From a virus (Duplodnaviria > Caudoviricetes), in IMG/VR virus record IMGVR_UViG_3300022821_000022, positions 1 to 57,892 of that record: DNA of 57,892 bases. One strand, given 5' to 3'. Under the pieces are notes generated by a model, which made no database searches, was not told where the DNA came from, and worked only from the letters and a program-made list of their open reading frames with translations. This document shows, piece by piece, positions 25,500-33,991 of the stretch. Position 1 is the first letter of the stretch; each line of letters starts with the position of its first letter. Made by a program: the position numbers and the translations under genes.

Positions 25500-26521
25500 T
25501 CCTCCTCCTTGATATCGTCGGGCTCTAGCGCCTTCTTCTCGTCATAGGGGCGTCTGTGTTGGCTCTGGTATGGGGTCTCGAGGCCTTCTCTCGGCCACTC
25601 AGGTTCTCGGTCCTGGTTCACGAATACGCCATTCTTCCGCACTACCTGGATTTCTGCCGGACTGGCGCCATAATTGCTTTTTTTGCTCTCCAGGACAAAG
25701 GGCCCACGGCCAAATTCGTCCTCGACCTCTCCAGCCTTACATTTACGGTGGTACAGATAGAGTCTCGATCGCACGGCATTGTGCCACGCTGTAGATCCGC
25801 TGGTGCCGCTGCCGCTACTTATCCCGGACATACTCGGGTGCGCCAACAACAGGACCACACCATTGATATCGTTAGCGAGACCACCCAGGGCATTAATAAA
25901 CGCTGACGCTTGGGGCCTTGAAATCTCATTGCCGCCGAACACATTATACAATGAATCGAGCACCACCAATCGGGCCCCACGCTTCAAAGCCAGCTGCTTC
26001 ACCTGAGTTAAGAACGGTTGGATTGATCCATCCTCATCATACTTCCCAGCCGAGTACATAATATTGTCCATACCCATGCGGGACAGGAGCGTGACCCAAT
26101 TTTCGAGGTCAGAAAACTGTGATCCCTGGGCTGCTAGAATGTCGCCAAGTCGGCGCTGTAGCTCGTCTGGATCATCCTCACAATGGACCCCCAAAGTCGG
26201 AACATTAGCCACCTTTTGACCCAGCCATGGCGAACCGGTTGCGGCGGATACGAGGAGTTGCATAGCTATATGGCTCTTGCCGGTGCCACCTTCTCCACTC
26301 AACATTGTGACCGTGCCCACTGGCAAAATGTCCTGAACAATCCATTCCCGCTGCGGAATAGGGACACCCTGCCATTCAGACGGACTGATGAGACCATCAG
26401 CACCGGTTGGCAAATGTAAAGCCTCGGCCAGACCACCACTACGGGCACCCTGGACCCGCCTCTGCTTGTTTACGGATCGGGCTGACATCATTTCATATTC
26501 GGGCGGCAATTCGGTGGTCAT
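25493..26521 (-). CDS. RepA (RSF1010-type)/AAA_25 replicative helicase
   Basis: REWIV, GEGGTGKS Walker A, CEDD, LVVLDS Walker B, LLAHPS, SGSTAWHNAVRSR and KSNYG motifs. Confidence 0.9.
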   Translation of the reverse strand: MTTELPPEYEMMSARSVNKQRRVQGARSGGLAEALHLPTGADGLISPSEWQGVPIPQREWIVQDILPVGTVTMLSGEGGTGKSHIAMQLLVSAATGSPWLGQKVANVPTLGVHCEDDPDELQRRLGDILAAQGSQFSDLENWVTLLSRMGMDNIMYSAGKYDEDGSIQPFLTQVKQLALKRGARLVVLDSLYNVFGGNEISRPQASAFINALGGLANDINGVVLLLAHPSMSGISSGSGTSGSTAWHNAVRSRLYLYHRKCKAGEVEDEFGRGPFVLESKKSNYGASPAEIQVVRKNGVFVNQDREPEWPREGLETPYQSQHRRPYDEKKALEPDDIKEEDW

Positions 26522-27024
26522 GTTGGGAACCTAACGTCTGGGATAGAAAACGGGCGCTCAAGCTGGGCCAGAAGCATCACTCCGAACGCCTGATTTGTTG
26601 TGATAAGATAGGGTATGTCAGCCAAGTGTAGCGGCCAAAATGCGCGTAGATCTAGCACGACTATTCCGGCGCAATCGTTCTGGAGCCATTCCAGCGGGGT
26701 CTCATAGACGCGAAGCGGCTCCTTATAGAAGGACGCCCGCTCTAGTGCCTCGTGCCCAAGGTACGGCGAGCCACCGTTGTACGCGGTCCAGAAGGCTAAT
26801 GGCGCATCCAGGCGAAACGCGACCATATCAAGGAGTGTCTGCTCAAACGATGCGACCGGCAGGACATAGCCACGGCGGCCCGCGTCTGCATCCGGTCGCC
26901 AATTGCCTTTGCTCACAGAGAATAGCGTCGAAAACAACATGGCCTCGCGGCTGGTTTGAGCCGATACCCCCGCTCTTTCGAGGTTCTCAATATCGGCCTG
27001 GGCCAAGTCTTTGAGGGCTCCCAC
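26518..27024 (-). CDS. Hypothetical replication-associated protein
   Basis: DMVAF and PLRVYETPLEWL motifs; overlaps the helicase start. Confidence 0.6.
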   Translation of the reverse strand: MGALKDLAQADIENLERAGVSAQTSREAMLFSTLFSVSKGNWRPDADAGRRGYVLPVASFEQTLLDMVAFRLDAPLAFWTAYNGGSPYLGHEALERASFYKEPLRVYETPLEWLQNDCAGIVVLDLRAFWPLHLADIPYLITTNQAFGVMLLAQLERPFSIPDVRFPT

Positions 27025-27258
27025 TTAGGCGGCCAGAGCATGTACGAGCATGAAAGCCCGGATTTTCGCCAGTGTCTTGCGGCGCAATACCCGGTCGCCC
27101 TTCCGCATATCAAAGACCAATTTGCTATCATTAGTCGCCAGCACACCGAAGGCTGTCGCCTCCATATCGTGCCGGTCGAGGAAACGCTCGACCTTAACTA
27201 GCATATCCGCTCCGCGCTGACGTGCGCGGGCGAGTTCTTGGCGCTTGTACTTATCCAT
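27025..27258 (-). CDS. Cro-like small HTH regulator
   Basis: VERFLDRHDMEATAFGVLATNDSKLVFDMRKG..LRRKTLAKIRAFM, recalled from alphaproteobacterial phage Cro-like proteins; first gene of the left arm. Confidence 0.7.
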   Translation of the reverse strand: MDKYKRQELARARQRGADMLVKVERFLDRHDMEATAFGVLATNDSKLVFDMRKGDRVLRRKTLAKIRAFMLVHALAA

Positions 27259-27286
27259 AAATAACCTCTGTTTTTTCGAGGAATCG

Positions 27287-27315
27287 AATATCACTCTTTT
27301 TTCCTCTAAAAGCAA
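27287..27315 (-). promoter_or_regulatory. Sigma70-like leftward promoter
   Basis: TTGCTT-N17-GATATT on the minus strand upstream of the Cro-like gene. Confidence 0.5.
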
Positions 27316-27325
27316 CCAAAACCCA

Positions 27326-27354
27326 TTGCAAGAACGGCTGTTCTCATGTAGGGT
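27326..27354 (+). promoter_or_regulatory. Sigma70-like rightward promoter with operator-like palindrome
   Basis: TTGCAA-N17-TAGGGT; AGAAC-GGCT-GTTCT (27331-27344) lies essentially in the spacer. Confidence 0.45.
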
Positions 27355-27438
27355 CTGTTTGCTCTGGTTCATTACCAGAGCCGTGAGCCCCAGCCAGGAT
27401 GGGCACACGCCACAGAAACAGTAGGAAAGCTCACGATT

Positions 27439-28104
27439 ATGACCCTCACAGCATATCATAACGACCATAAAGTTAAGGCTGATCTTCTCAGCTCCTTAAA
27501 AGCTCACGCCAAGGCTGATCGAATTGTTAAAGGTCAGTATTGGGAAGATGGAAAGGGTTGCGCGGTCGGCTGTACGCTTGACTCAGTCGGGCACGCCAGT
27601 CACTGCGACCACATGGCTTACGAGAGAAAATTAGGCATCCCGGTTATGCTTGCCCGCCTAGAGGATACGATATTCGAGGGTCTTTCAAACGGGGATGCAA
27701 AAGAATGGCCGATCATGTTTGCTCAAGCAATAAAGCCCGGCGCTGACTTGTCTCGAGTTGGCTGGAAATTCCAGCATTGGATTTTAACTGGCTCTCGTCT
27801 TTTAAACGATGGCGGCAGAGAGGACGTAGCTAAGGCAATCAAGCAATGCGCTGATGTGTTAGTGCCACTAACGCGAGGGCGTCCAGTGGATAAGTTCGCC
27901 GCCTGGTCCGTCGCCAGGTCCGCCAGGTCCGCCGCCGATTCCGCCGAGTTCGCCGCCGAGTTCGCCGATTCCGCCGCCTGGTCCGCCGCCGATTCCGCCG
28001 AGTTCGCCGCCAGGTCCGCCAGGTCCGCCGCCGATTTCGCCGAGTTCGCCACTTACGAACACATGGCTGAAAAACTACTCCGGTTAATGCGGGCTGCTAA
28101 ATGA
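27439..28104 (+). CDS. Early hypothetical protein with C-terminal Ala-rich micro-repeats
   Basis: AYHND...HAKADRIVKGQYW..GKGCAVGC N-terminus; (A)A-x-S/F repeats at 27892-28050. Confidence 0.8.
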   Translation: MTLTAYHNDHKVKADLLSSLKAHAKADRIVKGQYWEDGKGCAVGCTLDSVGHASHCDHMAYERKLGIPVMLARLEDTIFEGLSNGDAKEWPIMFAQAIKPGADLSRVGWKFQHWILTGSRLLNDGGREDVAKAIKQCADVLVPLTRGRPVDKFAAWSVARSARSAADSAEFAAEFADSAAWSAADSAEFAARSARSAADFAEFATYEHMAEKLLRLMRAAK

Positions 28105-28129
28105 AAGTTAATAGTTTTTGGAGGTTAGA

Positions 28130-28495
28130 ATGTCAGCCAAGATAACAACGTCCCCATGGGGCAAGCCCGACAGTCAAAAGACGATTGCACCGGGGATCAT
28201 CCAAGTCTGGACACCCTCACACGGCGGGTTCTGGGTAGACCCTACCCGGCTCCATGAAATGAGCGAGAGGGTGCCTGAACTTCTGACCCCTAGCCAGTTT
28301 TTCAGGTACAGCGGCAATATGGCTGACGGTGCATGGTTCGAGGAAGATTCAGAGTGCGCCCGTGTCTTCATTGCCTTCCCTGAATTCTTCCCTGGTGTCG
28401 ATCAGGAAGAAGTCGCCAAGCAATTCGCCTACTTTAACCCAGAAATACAGGCCGCAGGTCTGGCTCGCGCAGAGCGTGAGGCCTCATATGTTTAA
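28130..28495 (+). CDS. DUF7007-like protein
   Basis: SPWG, TPSHGG, WFEED and AFPEFF motifs; GGAGG RBS. Confidence 0.7.
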   Translation: MSAKITTSPWGKPDSQKTIAPGIIQVWTPSHGGFWVDPTRLHEMSERVPELLTPSQFFRYSGNMADGAWFEEDSECARVFIAFPEFFPGVDQEEVAKQFAYFNPEIQAAGLARAEREASYV

Positions 28496-28676
28496 GATTG
28501 TCCGCGCATATAGCCGCCCCGATCCACAGAGCCCGAGCGGGCACCTGGAAACTAAGAAGGGCCTGTCGCTTGAGGAAGCACAGAGCCACTGTAGGCGCGA
28601 CGACACCAGCACACGCGGAACCGCCAAGAAGGCCCCCGGTGGCTGGGATTGGTCAGACCAGTACGAAGAAACCTAA
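28488..28676 (+). CDS. Small phage hypothetical protein
   Basis: MFKIVR...GLSLEEAQSHC motif common in phage early regions. Confidence 0.65.
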   Translation: MFKIVRAYSRPDPQSPSGHLETKKGLSLEEAQSHCRRDDTSTRGTAKKAPGGWDWSDQYEET

Positions 28677-28694
28677 CCCCCAAATCCCGCAACC

Positions 28695-28731
28695 GCCCCG
28701 CCGTGCCCTGAGAAGCGCGAGCGGGGCCTTC
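28695..28731 (+). terminator. Intrinsic terminator-like hairpin
   Basis: GCCCCGC-CGTGC...GCGCG-A-GCGGGGC followed by a short pyrimidine tract. Confidence 0.45.
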
Positions 28732-28771
28732 TGGGTGCCACTCTCGGCTCACGTTAAAAAAGGCAGAAAAA

Positions 28772-28945
28772 ATGATTAGATCAGTATTAACGACAATCGC
28801 GGGCGGATGTCTCGGCTATACAGCGGCGGTTCTGGTCATAAACGGGACCTATTCATACAACCCCATGAAACTTTTGATTCTCGGCATGTTGATCGGGGTC
28901 GCATCAGTAACGACTCTCATTGTCTCGGCGATGGTGAACAGATAA
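28772..28945 (+). CDS. Small two-TM membrane protein (57 aa, absent from the ORF track)
   Basis: MIRSVLTTIAGGCLGYTAAVLVINGTYSYNPMKLLILGMLIGVASVTTLIVSAMVNR; TAATG-coupled to the next gene. Confidence 0.6.
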   Translation: MIRSVLTTIAGGCLGYTAAVLVINGTYSYNPMKLLILGMLIGVASVTTLIVSAMVNR

Positions 28946-29229
28946 TGGCTCACACCAATCGCCAGAAGGCAGCTTTGGCACACGCCACGCTCGCCACATT
29001 CGCCGCAGCCGTTGGAATGGGTGGTGACTTCGACAAACACCACGCCGACGACCGCCAGGACGCGCTAGGCGACCTACTCACCAATCTCATGCACCTGACA
29101 GCACAGGACCCCGGCTTGGACTTCGCAGCGGCGCTAGAGACCGCTGGGGGCAACTTCGACGAGGAAGTGTTCGAGGAAACGGACCACACCAGCGACGACG
29201 TGCCAGACATTTCACAGTTGGGGAGCTAA
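28945..29229 (+). CDS. Hypothetical protein
   Basis: MAHTNRQKA...DLLTNLMH...DFAAAL; start at the TAATG overlap. Confidence 0.7.
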   Translation: MAHTNRQKAALAHATLATFAAAVGMGGDFDKHHADDRQDALGDLLTNLMHLTAQDPGLDFAAALETAGGNFDEEVFEETDHTSDDVPDISQLGS

Positions 29230-29233
29230 GACC

Positions 29234-29620
29234 ATGGAACAATTCAGACACCCGCTCTCCCGCATCATCCACGAAATCAATTCTAAGCGAAACGCCCGGT
29301 TTTGGCTTTTCGTCCACGGATCGCCCGTTAAGCTAACCCTCAAGCCGGGGCAGACCATCAACCATTGCGCCGGTAGACCTACAAACGAGGGCTATTCCTA
29401 CGAGACCACGCAGCTAACGCATGAGATTGATCAGATCAAATGGGTGGCCGGTTCTATTGGTTGTGATTGTGATGGTGGGTATGAGTACTTTAAAGAGTCT
29501 TCATGCGAGCCTCACCTTTTGCGCGATAGGGAAATCAAGGACTACGACTTCGGTTTTCCAATCTGGTCCGATGGCGAATCCAGCCAACGCGACCAGTTCG
29601 CAGAAGCGGCGGGGTATTGA
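29234..29620 (+). CDS. Hypothetical protein
   Basis: 128 aa; CDCDG and QRDQFAEAAGY motifs; GGGAG RBS. Confidence 0.7.
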   Translation: MEQFRHPLSRIIHEINSKRNARFWLFVHGSPVKLTLKPGQTINHCAGRPTNEGYSYETTQLTHEIDQIKWVAGSIGCDCDGGYEYFKESSCEPHLLRDREIKDYDFGFPIWSDGESSQRDQFAEAAGY

Positions 29621-29621
29621 T

Positions 29622-29960
29622 ATGAGCAACATACTCTTACCCCGCTCGTTCGCCCCGCACCTTACCGACCTTCTAGCCAGAGGGCTCGACGATTTGGCGT
29701 CACTAATCGAGTGTGGCGACCTATCGGACGAGGCATACGAGGCGGCCTCTGAAACGGTCGCAGAGTTCGAGGCTATGCTTTGCAACGGCGAGTGGGGCGT
29801 CCGTATGATCCCCGCTGCCAATGGCGGCAAGTATAGTTGCTGGCACCGTAACCCGCATAACAACGCAGTCCAGAGATACGACACTGAGGAGGAAGCCACT
29901 AAGGCGGTATCCCTCGGCGCTGTCGACCCAACAGCCGTATATGAAGCGAGGAGAATCTAA
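29622..29960 (+). CDS. Hypothetical protein
   Basis: ATG 1 nt after the previous stop; TAATG-coupled to the next gene. Confidence 0.6.
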   Translation: MSNILLPRSFAPHLTDLLARGLDDLASLIECGDLSDEAYEAASETVAEFEAMLCNGEWGVRMIPAANGGKYSCWHRNPHNNAVQRYDTEEEATKAVSLGAVDPTAVYEARRI

Positions 29961-30268
29961 TGAGCAAGTTTATCCCCACGGCCAAAGGCCGCTTTGTTGT
30001 CATTTTCAATCAAGACCATATCCGGGCCTTCGGAACGGGCTATCGCCCTGTCTATATCGAGGAAGGCCGGAAGTGGGTCTATATGCTCGACTGGGCCACA
30101 GGAGATACGGCGCGGGTCAAACTGTCCGTCCTGGACGCTACCATCGCCTCACACACGTCTATTAACCCCCTGCCGCGTCTAAAAAAGCTAAAGGCTGGCA
30201 AGGCACGGGCGAAAAGGTCCGTCCGCCTGTTCCGCAACGCTATCGAAAGCGCGAGGGCCGCCACCTAA
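29960..30268 (+). CDS. Hypothetical basic protein
   Basis: TAATG coupling on both sides; EEGRKWVY motif. Confidence 0.65.
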   Translation: MSKFIPTAKGRFVVIFNQDHIRAFGTGYRPVYIEEGRKWVYMLDWATGDTARVKLSVLDATIASHTSINPLPRLKKLKAGKARAKRSVRLFRNAIESARAAT

Positions 30269-30591
30269 TGAGTGACGAACCAGAAGTAGGGTTTTTCAAG
30301 ACCAAGCTGGTATCAGGGGGTCCTTGGGTCGCTGTCCACATTTGGGATGGCCCGCCTACGGACCCCTTAACCGGCGAGACCCTAGACCGCTCTTGGCGGT
30401 TACAAGCACTTGTTAATGACGAGCCAGAGGACCCTACGACGATATGGCCGGGGCCTGTCCCGATCCCACAGGAAGAATACGATTATCTACTGACCGTTCG
30501 CGCCTGGGCTCTGGAGCACAATCCAGACGACCCAGCAGCCGCGCCCCGCCGCCGGATAGATATGAACAAGCTACCACCCATTAAATTTTAG
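30268..30591 (+). CDS. Hypothetical protein
   Basis: GFFKTKLVSGGPWVAVHIW motif; coupled start. Confidence 0.7.
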   Translation: MSDEPEVGFFKTKLVSGGPWVAVHIWDGPPTDPLTGETLDRSWRLQALVNDEPEDPTTIWPGPVPIPQEEYDYLLTVRAWALEHNPDDPAAAPRRRIDMNKLPPIKF

Positions 30592-30614
30592 CCACCAACC
30601 AGAGGACTAAAACT

Positions 30615-31745
30615 ATGCCAGAAATCACCCAAGAGCCCGCACCCATAGGGCACAACAAGCCACCCCTCGAAGAATACTTTGCGGATCTAAACGCGGATCT
30701 TCCTCAAGATCTACAGACCGAAATGAAAGAGGCCATCGACCGCGTGAATGAATTGGTCGAGAACGCCGAGCTTGTCCCGGACACAATCAGCAACGAGGAG
30801 GAGGAGGGCAAGGCGACCGATATCGTTTCCCAAATGAAGAAGCACCGCAAAAACCTTGAATCCAGGCGCACGGGAATCAAGGCCGGGGCCCGCAAAGCGG
30901 GGGAAATCATCGACGGTTTCTTCAAGAAGAAGGGGCTACAGCCGCTCGACGATGCTTGCGATACCATAAACCGTGGCGTGACAGCGTTTAAGCGGATCAA
31001 AGCCGAGGCCGAGAAACGCAAACGCGAGGAGGCGGCCCGTGAAGCTGCCGCCGAAGCCAAGCGCATCCAGGCAGAGGCCGACGCCGCAGAAGACAAACGC
31101 CGCGAGGCAGAGGCAGCGGCAGCCAGAGCCAAGGCGGAGAGAGAAGAAGCCGAAGCCGCCAAGCGCAAAGCTATCCAGGAAGCAGCCGACGCGGAAGAAC
31201 GTCGCAAGAAGGCCGAGGCCAACCGCATCGAACAGGAAAGGCTCGCAGCAGAAGCCACCTCTGCTGCGGCCAAAGCCGACGCCCTGGCCGCAGCAGAGGA
31301 GGCAGGGCGCCAAGTCGCGGAGGAAGCCCGCAAAAAGCAGGAGGCTCAAGAAGAAGCGGATCGCCAGCGCCAAGCCGAGGCAGACGCCAAGAGTGAAGCG
31401 GCGCTCGCCCGTGCAGAGGCTACAGACGCCCGAGCAGACGCTAAGACCGCTACCAAGCTGTCCAATTCGGCCACAGGTGACGCACGAAAGGCGGATAAAG
31501 CCGCAAACGCCAAGCAATCAGACGTTAGCGGTGTTCGCGGGGATCATGGCGGGCAGTCCAGCCTTACGACCAAGTGGGTCGGGGATATCACCAACCGCGA
31601 GAAGCTGGACCTGGAAAAGCTGCGTCCGTTCTTCTCAGAGGACTCCCTGCAAAAGGCCCTCAACGCTTTTGTGAAGCTGCACAAGGACACCCAGAAGGTC
31701 AAAGGTGCCAAAATCTACGAGACCGATCACACGTCCTACCGCTAG
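30615..31745 (+). CDS. Long coiled-coil protein adjacent to the recombinase
   Basis: IGHNKPP start, long EAKR-rich helical middle, C-terminal VKGAKIYE. Confidence 0.75.
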   Translation: MPEITQEPAPIGHNKPPLEEYFADLNADLPQDLQTEMKEAIDRVNELVENAELVPDTISNEEEEGKATDIVSQMKKHRKNLESRRTGIKAGARKAGEIIDGFFKKKGLQPLDDACDTINRGVTAFKRIKAEAEKRKREEAAREAAAEAKRIQAEADAAEDKRREAEAAAARAKAEREEAEAAKRKAIQEAADAEERRKKAEANRIEQERLAAEATSAAAKADALAAAEEAGRQVAEEARKKQEAQEEADRQRQAEADAKSEAALARAEATDARADAKTATKLSNSATGDARKADKAANAKQSDVSGVRGDHGGQSSLTTKWVGDITNREKLDLEKLRPFFSEDSLQKALNAFVKLHKDTQKVKGAKIYETDHTSYR

Positions 31746-31777
31746 TTGGTTGGTAGGCCACTTCAAAAAGGAATACC

Positions 31778-32893
31778 TTGATTATGACAAACGCTATAAC
31801 AATCGCCGCACCACGGCTGCCGTACCACCCGCAGGTACAAGAACGCTTTGGCGTAGACCAGAGCACTTGGCGCGTACTGGTCGAAAGTACCTTTCCAGGA
31901 GCTATAACGCCCGAGGCTGTGATTCTCGCCCTCGGCTACTGCAAATCGAGAGGCCTGGACCCCCTCAAGAAAATGGTTCACATCGTTCCGGTTTGGGATT
32001 CCAAGCAGAAAAAGAACGTCGAGACCGTATGGCCCAGCGTCGCAGAAATGCGGGTTACAGCCCACAGGACTAAAGAATACGCAGGGTGCGACGAAACTGT
32101 GTTCGGAGAGGAAATCGAGCAGACCTTCGAGGGCAAGGACTACAAAGGCAATGCCCTCAAGATTCACGTAAAGTTTCCATCCTACGCCCAGGTCACAGTC
32201 TACCGGATGGTTGCGGGCGTTCGCTGTCCTTTCCCAGGGCCGCGCCTGTTGTGGCGTGAGAGCTACGGCCAACGCGGCAAGGCCGAGGTCCCCAATGATA
32301 AGTGGGCCAAATCATCCTCGTACATGATCGAGAAATGCGCCGAGGCCGCTGCATTACGCAAAGCGTTTCCAGAGGAGCTAGGCAACGACCTCGCCGCCGA
32401 GGAAATGGAAGGCCGCGTTGTTAATGATGCTGGGACCGTCACTATCGACGGAGAGACCGGCGAAGTCATGCCCGCCAAGCCGACGCGAAAGGGCCTTGCC
32501 AATACCTTAGCTAAGGAGGGCAACTCTATCCAGGCAGAGATAGACTCAAAGGCCGCAACCGATACTCTCGCCAAGGAAGAAGCCGAGAAGGCAGAGCAAC
32601 ACGGCGGCACAACCATCGAAGGCGAAGCAACCGAGGTCGATCCGGCTGAATTCGTGTTCAAGGCCCGCCTCGCATCCAAAGGCAAAATTTGGGAATACGC
32701 GGAGGCCGCTGATTGGCAAAAGGCTATCGTAGACAAGGCCGCGACACTGAGCCCAGAGCAGTTAACTAAGTTCAGACAGGCCAACGAGCCGTACATCAAA
32801 GAGGTTGGCACCAACGGCAAGTCTGATGCGGCTATCGCGCTCAATGAGGCCCTGGACGCACTTCCGGCACCAGAGCCAGAAGCCGAGGCCTAA
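31778..32893 (+). CDS. bet: Single-strand annealing recombinase, Bet/RecT family
   Basis: YCKSRGLDPLKKMVHIVP, AHRT.EYAG, W and MIEKCAEAAALRKAFPEE motifs. Confidence 0.9.
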   Translation: MIMTNAITIAAPRLPYHPQVQERFGVDQSTWRVLVESTFPGAITPEAVILALGYCKSRGLDPLKKMVHIVPVWDSKQKKNVETVWPSVAEMRVTAHRTKEYAGCDETVFGEEIEQTFEGKDYKGNALKIHVKFPSYAQVTVYRMVAGVRCPFPGPRLLWRESYGQRGKAEVPNDKWAKSSSYMIEKCAEAAALRKAFPEELGNDLAAEEMEGRVVNDAGTVTIDGETGEVMPAKPTRKGLANTLAKEGNSIQAEIDSKAATDTLAKEEAEKAEQHGGTTIEGEATEVDPAEFVFKARLASKGKIWEYAEAADWQKAIVDKAATLSPEQLTKFRQANEPYIKEVGTNGKSDAAIALNEALDALPAPEPEAEA

Positions 32894-32898
32894 TAGTC

Positions 32899-33012
32899 AT
32901 GCCCCAAACCCGCCGGTTTTTGGATCTCTCTAGCGGGACCGTAGAGCGTGGGTCGCCACGTCGGGGCATACGAGGGGAACAAAAAGGTGGCGTCTACGGG
33001 CCGCCGCTGTTC
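32899..33012 (+). ncRNA. Candidate structured RNA (three-way junction plus hairpin with pseudoknot)
   Basis: Several perfect stems and a 7-bp loop-junction complementarity; see findings. Confidence 0.4.
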
Positions 33013-33028
33013 TAATGGGAATATCAAA

Positions 33029-33280
33029 ATGAAAACGAACTTGAAAATACCATGCTCGCCTTTACAGGTGAAATTGTTGCGATTTATCAAGGCTTACACG
33101 GCCAAACACCGCTATGCGCCTTCGGTTCAAGAAATGGCTGACGGTTGCGGCTGGAAAAGCAAATCAGCGCCAGCGCGAATCCTCAACCAGCTTGTAGATC
33201 TGAAGCTCATTACGCGATCATCAGGCCGTATGCGTACCGTCGCGCTGACCAAGGCCGGGGAAGCAGGGGGTAAGCCATGA
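33029..33280 (+). CDS. LexA-type DNA-binding domain-only protein
   Basis: SPLQVKLLRFI...APSVQEMADGCGWKSKS...LNQL..LKLITR....RTV; no peptidase domain. Confidence 0.8.
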   Translation: MKTNLKIPCSPLQVKLLRFIKAYTAKHRYAPSVQEMADGCGWKSKSAPARILNQLVDLKLITRSSGRMRTVALTKAGEAGGKP

Positions 33281-33789
33281 GTGATTTAGACGCGCTGCGG
33301 GAAGATTTTAATGTTGCACACTCAACGGGCGTGGAGATTGGCAAATCTGCGGTAGCCGTTATACGTGATCTACAGGCAGACAACGAGCGGCTGCGGGAGG
33401 AGCGGGATGAACTTGCTCACCAGTTGAAGGTTGCGATGGGCGAGACATCCTTGCGGGATGAAAGCATTAAAACTCTGGTGTTGTTTTTTGCCGAAGATGC
33501 AGAGCGGCAAGAGTTTGTCGAGTTGGTCAAGGAGGCAAAGCCGGGGATGATTGAGCGCACCATACCGAGCTATCCGACTAAATCAGACGCAACACTAAAT
33601 TCAATGATTTTGGGCCTTCACGCGATGTTGTTTGGCGAGTCGTCACAACAAGACCCAGACCACGCCCTAGCGTCCATATCAGACGGCGGCGAGATACACG
33701 AGTTTGTTCATGAAATGGTCAGGCTGTTACCTGATACCCAACATCCTGGCTCCGCCGACGTAAAAGAAAGGACCAACTGGCGATATTAA
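33277..33789 (+). CDS. Hypothetical protein, possibly chimeric
   Basis: 170 aa, coiled-coil N-terminal half; ATGA overlap. Confidence 0.6.
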   Translation: MSDLDALREDFNVAHSTGVEIGKSAVAVIRDLQADNERLREERDELAHQLKVAMGETSLRDESIKTLVLFFAEDAERQEFVELVKEAKPGMIERTIPSYPTKSDATLNSMILGLHAMLFGESSQQDPDHALASISDGGEIHEFVHEMVRLLPDTQHPGSADVKERTNWRY

Positions 33790-33841
33790 GACCCCTTAGC
33801 ACCTTGGGGGAATCAAGGTGTACGAAATGGAGTTAAAACCC

Positions 33842-33982
33842 ATGAGTGATTTAAAAGAAAAAATTGAAACACTGGCAAAAAGATCAGCCGAGGCAGACAA
33901 ACCCGGTGATGCAATGCACCTTGCACAAGCGGCGCTAAGTTTGGCGCAAGCGTACGGGTCTCTTGAAGCTGTAAAGAAGTAA
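33842..33982 (+). CDS. Small protein (46 aa, absent from the ORF track)
   Basis: MSDLKEKIETLAKRSAEADKPGDAMHLAQAALSLAQAYGSLEAVKK; GGAG RBS; flanked by hairpins. Confidence 0.6.
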   Translation: MSDLKEKIETLAKRSAEADKPGDAMHLAQAALSLAQAYGSLEAVKK

Positions 33983-33991
33983 ACACTACCT

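Noticed and set aside
27892-28050. CRISPR array
   Set aside because: Units are 9-12 nt, in frame in a CDS, with no unique spacers and no cas genes.
30704-31674. Long overlapping antisense and alternate-frame ORFs (also e.g. 43251-44042 and 55062-55669)
   Set aside because: These are shadow ORFs of GC-rich or low-complexity genuine genes, with no motifs of their own.
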